Source: a virus (Duplodnaviria; Caudoviricetes). Taken from it: a DNA stretch of 26,787 nucleotides. The stretch spans positions 1 through 26,787 of the IMG/VR virus record IMGVR_UViG_3300048882_000144; one strand, given 5' to 3'. Shown piece by piece: positions 24,301 to 26,787 of this stretch. Position numbers and translations under genes: made by a program. The notes beneath the pieces are model-generated. The model ran no database searches, was not told the DNA's origin, and saw only the letters and a program-made list of their open reading frames with translations. The stretch's first letter is position 1; each line of letters begins with the position of its first letter.

Positions 24301-26787
24301 CTGGCCCTCAACCATACACTCCATCAGAACTTCCTGGTGCTATGCGTGACCATACGGTTATTGCGATTGGTGATGGTTATGGTCCGACAGAACATATGGA
24401 AATTATTGTTGATACTCAAACTACTATTACGTTTGCGGATCCAGCACTTTCTGTTGTTGAGGGTGCGCAGAACTCTCCGTGGTATTGGACTTGGTGGGAC
24501 AGAACGGATCCGTCGTACGCACCATACCAGCGAGACGAAGCAGATTATGCATCGTTTGGTGATGTAACATTATACGACCCTATTACTGGTGCTCCAGCAG
24601 GATTTAATTTATTCCGTGGTGGTACTTACAAATTTAAAAATAACGCATGGAACCCTTCTGGGCATATTACGCAAATTGACCCTTCAACGGGCAATGTTGT
24701 TCCTATGTATATGCACGCTGCTGGTATTAAAGCAATTCAAGGTGGTGGTTGGGATAACCTAGTAGATTCTGGGTTCATAGATAACGACGGCAAAAAATGT
24801 GTTTCTATGAGAGCATCTCATGGACTTACTGTTGTTTCTGGCGACCATAACGACTTCGTAAACCTCGAAGAAGAGCCGGGTGTTTGGACGTCTACTCAAC
24901 CTTTCCCAGTTTGTATGGGTCTTGGTGGTTGGTGTGAGTCATTAGACGTTAATGGTTGGTATTATAATGGTACTGATGATAAGACTGCGTGTTCTGTGTT
25001 GAACCCTACTGACGATGTTGGTCTTCCTCAATGGAGAGAATCTCAATATATTGGAAACTTCTCTAAAGAATTTACATGGACTATTCCTGAGGACTTCGGT
25101 CTTACGGGTGCTGATGGAAATTCTGGATTTGGTCCGTTTGTTGCTCCTGGTGAGGTTAATGGTGCGTATCACGTAGAAGCATACCAAGGACTTTACAAAT
25201 TCGATAAATCAGGAATGATTGAAGGAACAAACCCTATTGTTAATTTATATAGAGGTGGTGAATACAAATTTAGAGTTAATGCTCCGGGACATAAAATTTA
25301 CGTAACAACAGATAATGGTACTAACTTTACTGTTGGTGCTTTCTTTGGTGAATACACTAATGGTGTTGTTGGTTCGCGTGCTGAATCTGGATTTGGTCCA
25401 AATGCTGGTGTTACTGGCGAGTTTGGTGATGCAGATATCGAATTAATGACATTCACAGTTCCTATGGACGCACCTGATACTTTATATTATCAGTGTGATA
25501 TTCATGCTTCTATGGTCGGTACTTTAAATATCTTAGATTTACCTGTTGTTAATGCAGGAGACGACATCGTTGTTTACTTCCATCATGGTCAAGATAATAT
25601 GTGGACTCCACTATGGATTCAAGACAAGATCGTTGTAGATAACGGTTCTGGTCCAAACTTCTTCCAAGTACAACCTATTCCTGAGAATTCTTTCCCAGTT
25701 AAAGGAACACAGGCAGATGTTACTGGATTAGGTAACTTGATTACTGGTTATGGTGCTGGAGCAATTCCTAAAGTACAAGCAATGGATATTGAATTAGGTT
25801 CTATTTCATACTTAGATCCAGTTAGTTTAACTGCTGGTGTTGGTGTTGAGACATTCTTAACTACAACGGCAAACGAAGGAATATCTAAATTCTATATTTC
25901 TTTAGATGATACAGAACGTTCAAATATTGTATTGACTAATGTGCTATTACAAGAAGCACCTTGGTCTGAAAACGGTTCTTTCCAAATTAGTGCAGGTCAG
26001 GCATTTACTACTAATGCTGTTACTGGTGGTAATATCGAACAAATCATAACGGGTTCTGTTGTAGACGGTGACCAATATGAAGTTGGTTATGAAATCATTG
26101 AAGGTTTTGTTGATCAATTTGGTGGTAATTCTGGTACAATTCAAATGTCATTAATTGGTGACACTACTGTTACTGGTAACTTTAACACAGACGCAGGAAT
26201 GTATTCTGAAACGTTAATTGCTCCAGTTAATACTACACATATGAAACTTACAGCAAGTGGTGTTGGTAAAGTAGATAACGTTTCGTTAAAGCAACGTGTA
26301 TCTGGGCAAAATGCTTGGTATCTTGGTGGTGGTTGGACTGTTAATACTGCTGGTGAAGCATATTGTGACGGTTCTGTTCAAGGACGTACTGAAATTAATC
26401 AGACTGTTAATATTCAAGAAGGCAAACTGTATGAAGTTAAATATACTTTAGCAAATACAGACCCTGAAGGTGATGGACCACAAGGTCGTTTACAGTTAGC
26501 ATTAGGTACTAACCCATACAACTTAATTTCAAATTGGAATTTTGATGCTTCTGGTATTAACATTAACTGGAACACTCCAGGAAGTGCATATACTGTAGAC
26601 AATGTAAATGCTAGGTTGAATTTCGAAAACTCAAATAACGACGGAATAACATATACATTTACCGATAACTTAAATAATATTGTTGATTATGAAGTAACAA
26701 TGGAAGTGTTATCTGTAACTGGTACTATTCATAATTTCCAAGTTGGTCCTGGACCTCAAGCAAATCACTATCACGTGATTGACTTAC
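21318..26787 (+). CDS. Giant multidomain virion/fibre protein (>1820 aa, 3' truncated) with jelly-roll (CBM-like), cupredoxin, GxGY, HGL and HxH domains
   Basis: ATG at 21318 with an AGGA RBS. Manual translation (MSHYTNSSFTLDELLRIDQQKEDFLDSL...GPGPQANHYHVIDL) found no stop to the window end. It is absent from the track, presumably because it lacks a stop. Confidence 0.92.
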   Translation, partial: MSHYTNSSFTLDELLRIDQQKEDFLDSLSIKLSDPALGIKDLALMLKSLEIMDNMEHLTAYRQFIINLADKSADFTTPNELVNNGDIAIEYNTSNIVQNPNFDSDALEVEIAKSSNFEVGTDIAMPWANGVTYKFDTLIAEGTNIISGISDGNGASTIWFNSTLKPNTQYKLSYDLVINDVGWDLPNGAKNMVDVLSVDTTVFSESGGGPEPVTYVVSIIEDATLSLPTCDGTIVPFDTSIADYNNAFPAMELACTSGGGVWNAGNVNDPTTQTHLIIPYNVTAREGDTLIFTNPPTNYLLHNAVSDDNISFQSPDMKPGETWSWVVDGYHDIYFHCTFHPLEEGRLLTKTNHRYVYNVDHGLNKGDTVKMPVNYGTMEALNSTSTSYFISLEMTNPCTSIGGVGSQTNVDSLYHNLSINDVVSFQSGAENVTDTSSPVSVTFSGGNATTEAQSSVAIQNGIVTSISLNDNGSCSNVAYDNESDCVGAAETWTAVLAGGLGYDSAPLVFIAGGGGAGATATATYDGKIATTFSTNYGGAGYTSQPTVQFTGGTPTTPATATADFDAATGQITGITVTDPGVGYQSAPIIDLLGGAPTTAALFECTISGSLTAVTLTAGGSGYGSDGSLIFGEKQWETFAVSAVVKGQEQIDIFLNDVNQMGHVHTVTMTTAEFANVQTGNNEIITTNDNGEGHTHDCTFTWDLTLNGGLGGIWLVGMTGNHTHGLDSYLEVTGGTKIELVNFGHYHEILITEAEEATLKAGLLIVTGENPDGTTAHDGTGVVMTKTSDFGTSDPQHFHTVEFGCVDPVNDIYAITVIDQHIHDFGRVWYPGSFSFSIAQYDEGGSGDGSNPVDIAIPFTDIPGFVKKEKGIYSIGHGLVQGQRMHFTNIYDGIHHGNTNYWVEAVIDADNITTTETIIYPLVNSEGTTPTEHNVIEQYTVVADLASYRFQVERDITNHIGDMIQGTGVQIEWSRPNTINSDLHGLVVGDVVQLPSGPQPYTPSELPGAMRDHTVIAIGDGYGPTEHMEIIVDTQTTITFADPALSVVEGAQNSPWYWTWWDRTDPSYAPYQRDEADYASFGDVTLYDPITGAPAGFNLFRGGTYKFKNNAWNPSGHITQIDPSTGNVVPMYMHAAGIKAIQGGGWDNLVDSGFIDNDGKKCVSMRASHGLTVVSGDHNDFVNLEEEPGVWTSTQPFPVCMGLGGWCESLDVNGWYYNGTDDKTACSVLNPTDDVGLPQWRESQYIGNFSKEFTWTIPEDFGLTGADGNSGFGPFVAPGEVNGAYHVEAYQGLYKFDKSGMIEGTNPIVNLYRGGEYKFRVNAPGHKIYVTTDNGTNFTVGAFFGEYTNGVVGSRAESGFGPNAGVTGEFGDADIELMTFTVPMDAPDTLYYQCDIHASMVGTLNILDLPVVNAGDDIVVYFHHGQDNMWTPLWIQDKIVVDNGSGPNFFQVQPIPENSFPVKGTQADVTGLGNLITGYGAGAIPKVQAMDIELGSISYLDPVSLTAGVGVETFLTTTANEGISKFYISLDDTERSNIVLTNVLLQEAPWSENGSFQISAGQAFTTNAVTGGNIEQIITGSVVDGDQYEVGYEIIEGFVDQFGGNSGTIQMSLIGDTTVTGNFNTDAGMYSETLIAPVNTTHMKLTASGVGKVDNVSLKQRVSGQNAWYLGGGWTVNTAGEAYCDGSVQGRTEINQTVNIQEGKLYEVKYTLANTDPEGDGPQGRLQLALGTNPYNLISNWNFDASGININWNTPGSAYTVDNVNARLNFENSNNDGITYTFTDNLNNIVDYEVTMEVLSVTGTIHNFQVGPGPQANHYHVIDL
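21954..22365 (+). other. Cupredoxin (amicyanin/plastocyanin-like) domain 1
   Basis: IIPYNVTAREGDTLIFTN...LHNAVSDD..FQSPDMKPGETWSWVVDGYHDIYFHCTFHPLEEGRL, with His 22221, Cys 22326 and His 22335. Glu occupies the position of the axial Met. Confidence 0.8.
22640..23185 (+). repeat. Four GxGY-P / ATATA-type beta repeats typical of phage virion proteins
   Basis: GGLGYDSAPLVFIAGGGGAGATATAT, GGAGYTSQPTVQFTGG..TTPATATA, ITGITVTDPGVGYQSAPII, LTAVTLTAGGSGY. Confidence 0.75.
25221..25535 (+). other. Cupredoxin-like domain 2 with a full His/Cys/His/Met ligand set
   Basis: NPIVNLYRGGEYKFRVNAPGHKIYV...TFTVPMDAPDTLYYQCDIHASMVGTLNI, with His 25290, Cys 25494, His 25503 and Met 25512. Confidence 0.8.

Noticed and set aside
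1024-26602. All minus-strand ORFs and short alternative-frame + ORFs in the track (e.g. 2082-2615, 2781-3299, 7052-7384, 18268-18603, 24274-24567)
   Set aside because: They lie wholly or largely within long, motif-supported + strand genes and show no recognisable motifs. They are expected shadows of codon bias.
1-26787. Bacterial T6SS/eCIS locus, CRISPR array, diversity-generating retroelement, intron/intein, tRNA
   Set aside because: The gp6-gp7-gp8-DUF4815 order and TATAAATA promoters indicate a T4-like phage. I saw no spaced DNA repeats, reverse transcriptase, adenine-variant repeat pair, splicing motifs or intergenic room for RNA genes. A DGR template outside the window cannot be excluded.

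Overview
AT-rich, entirely + strand late (virion morphogenesis) region of a large T4-like myovirus, with the gene order typical of environmental/cyanophage-type T4-likes. The order is: partial tail-hub gene, lysozyme-less gp5 spike, a 671-aa unknown, PAAR (gp5.4), gp25, gp6, a 2675-aa gp7, gp8, a DUF4815/VrlC-like virion protein, two small ORFs, and a >1820-aa ORF (21318 to the window end) that is missing from the supplied ORF track. T4-type late promoters (TATAAATA) punctuate the cluster. The structural proteins carry unusual cargo. gp7 has a glucose/sorbosone-dehydrogenase-family beta-propeller and 19 HxH motifs, mostly grouped in threes within ~100-aa repeats. The last ORF has two cupredoxin (blue-copper-type) domains, more HxH triplets and jelly-roll domains apparently nested inside one another. 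A ~20-30-aa Cys-x(n)-Cys-..-G-x-Trp micro-module is inserted about 18 times across four, possibly five, genes. Together these suggest a metal-loaded, possibly redox-active baseplate/fibre built by recursive domain-in-domain insertion. All assignments come from motif recognition by eye; no searches were run.
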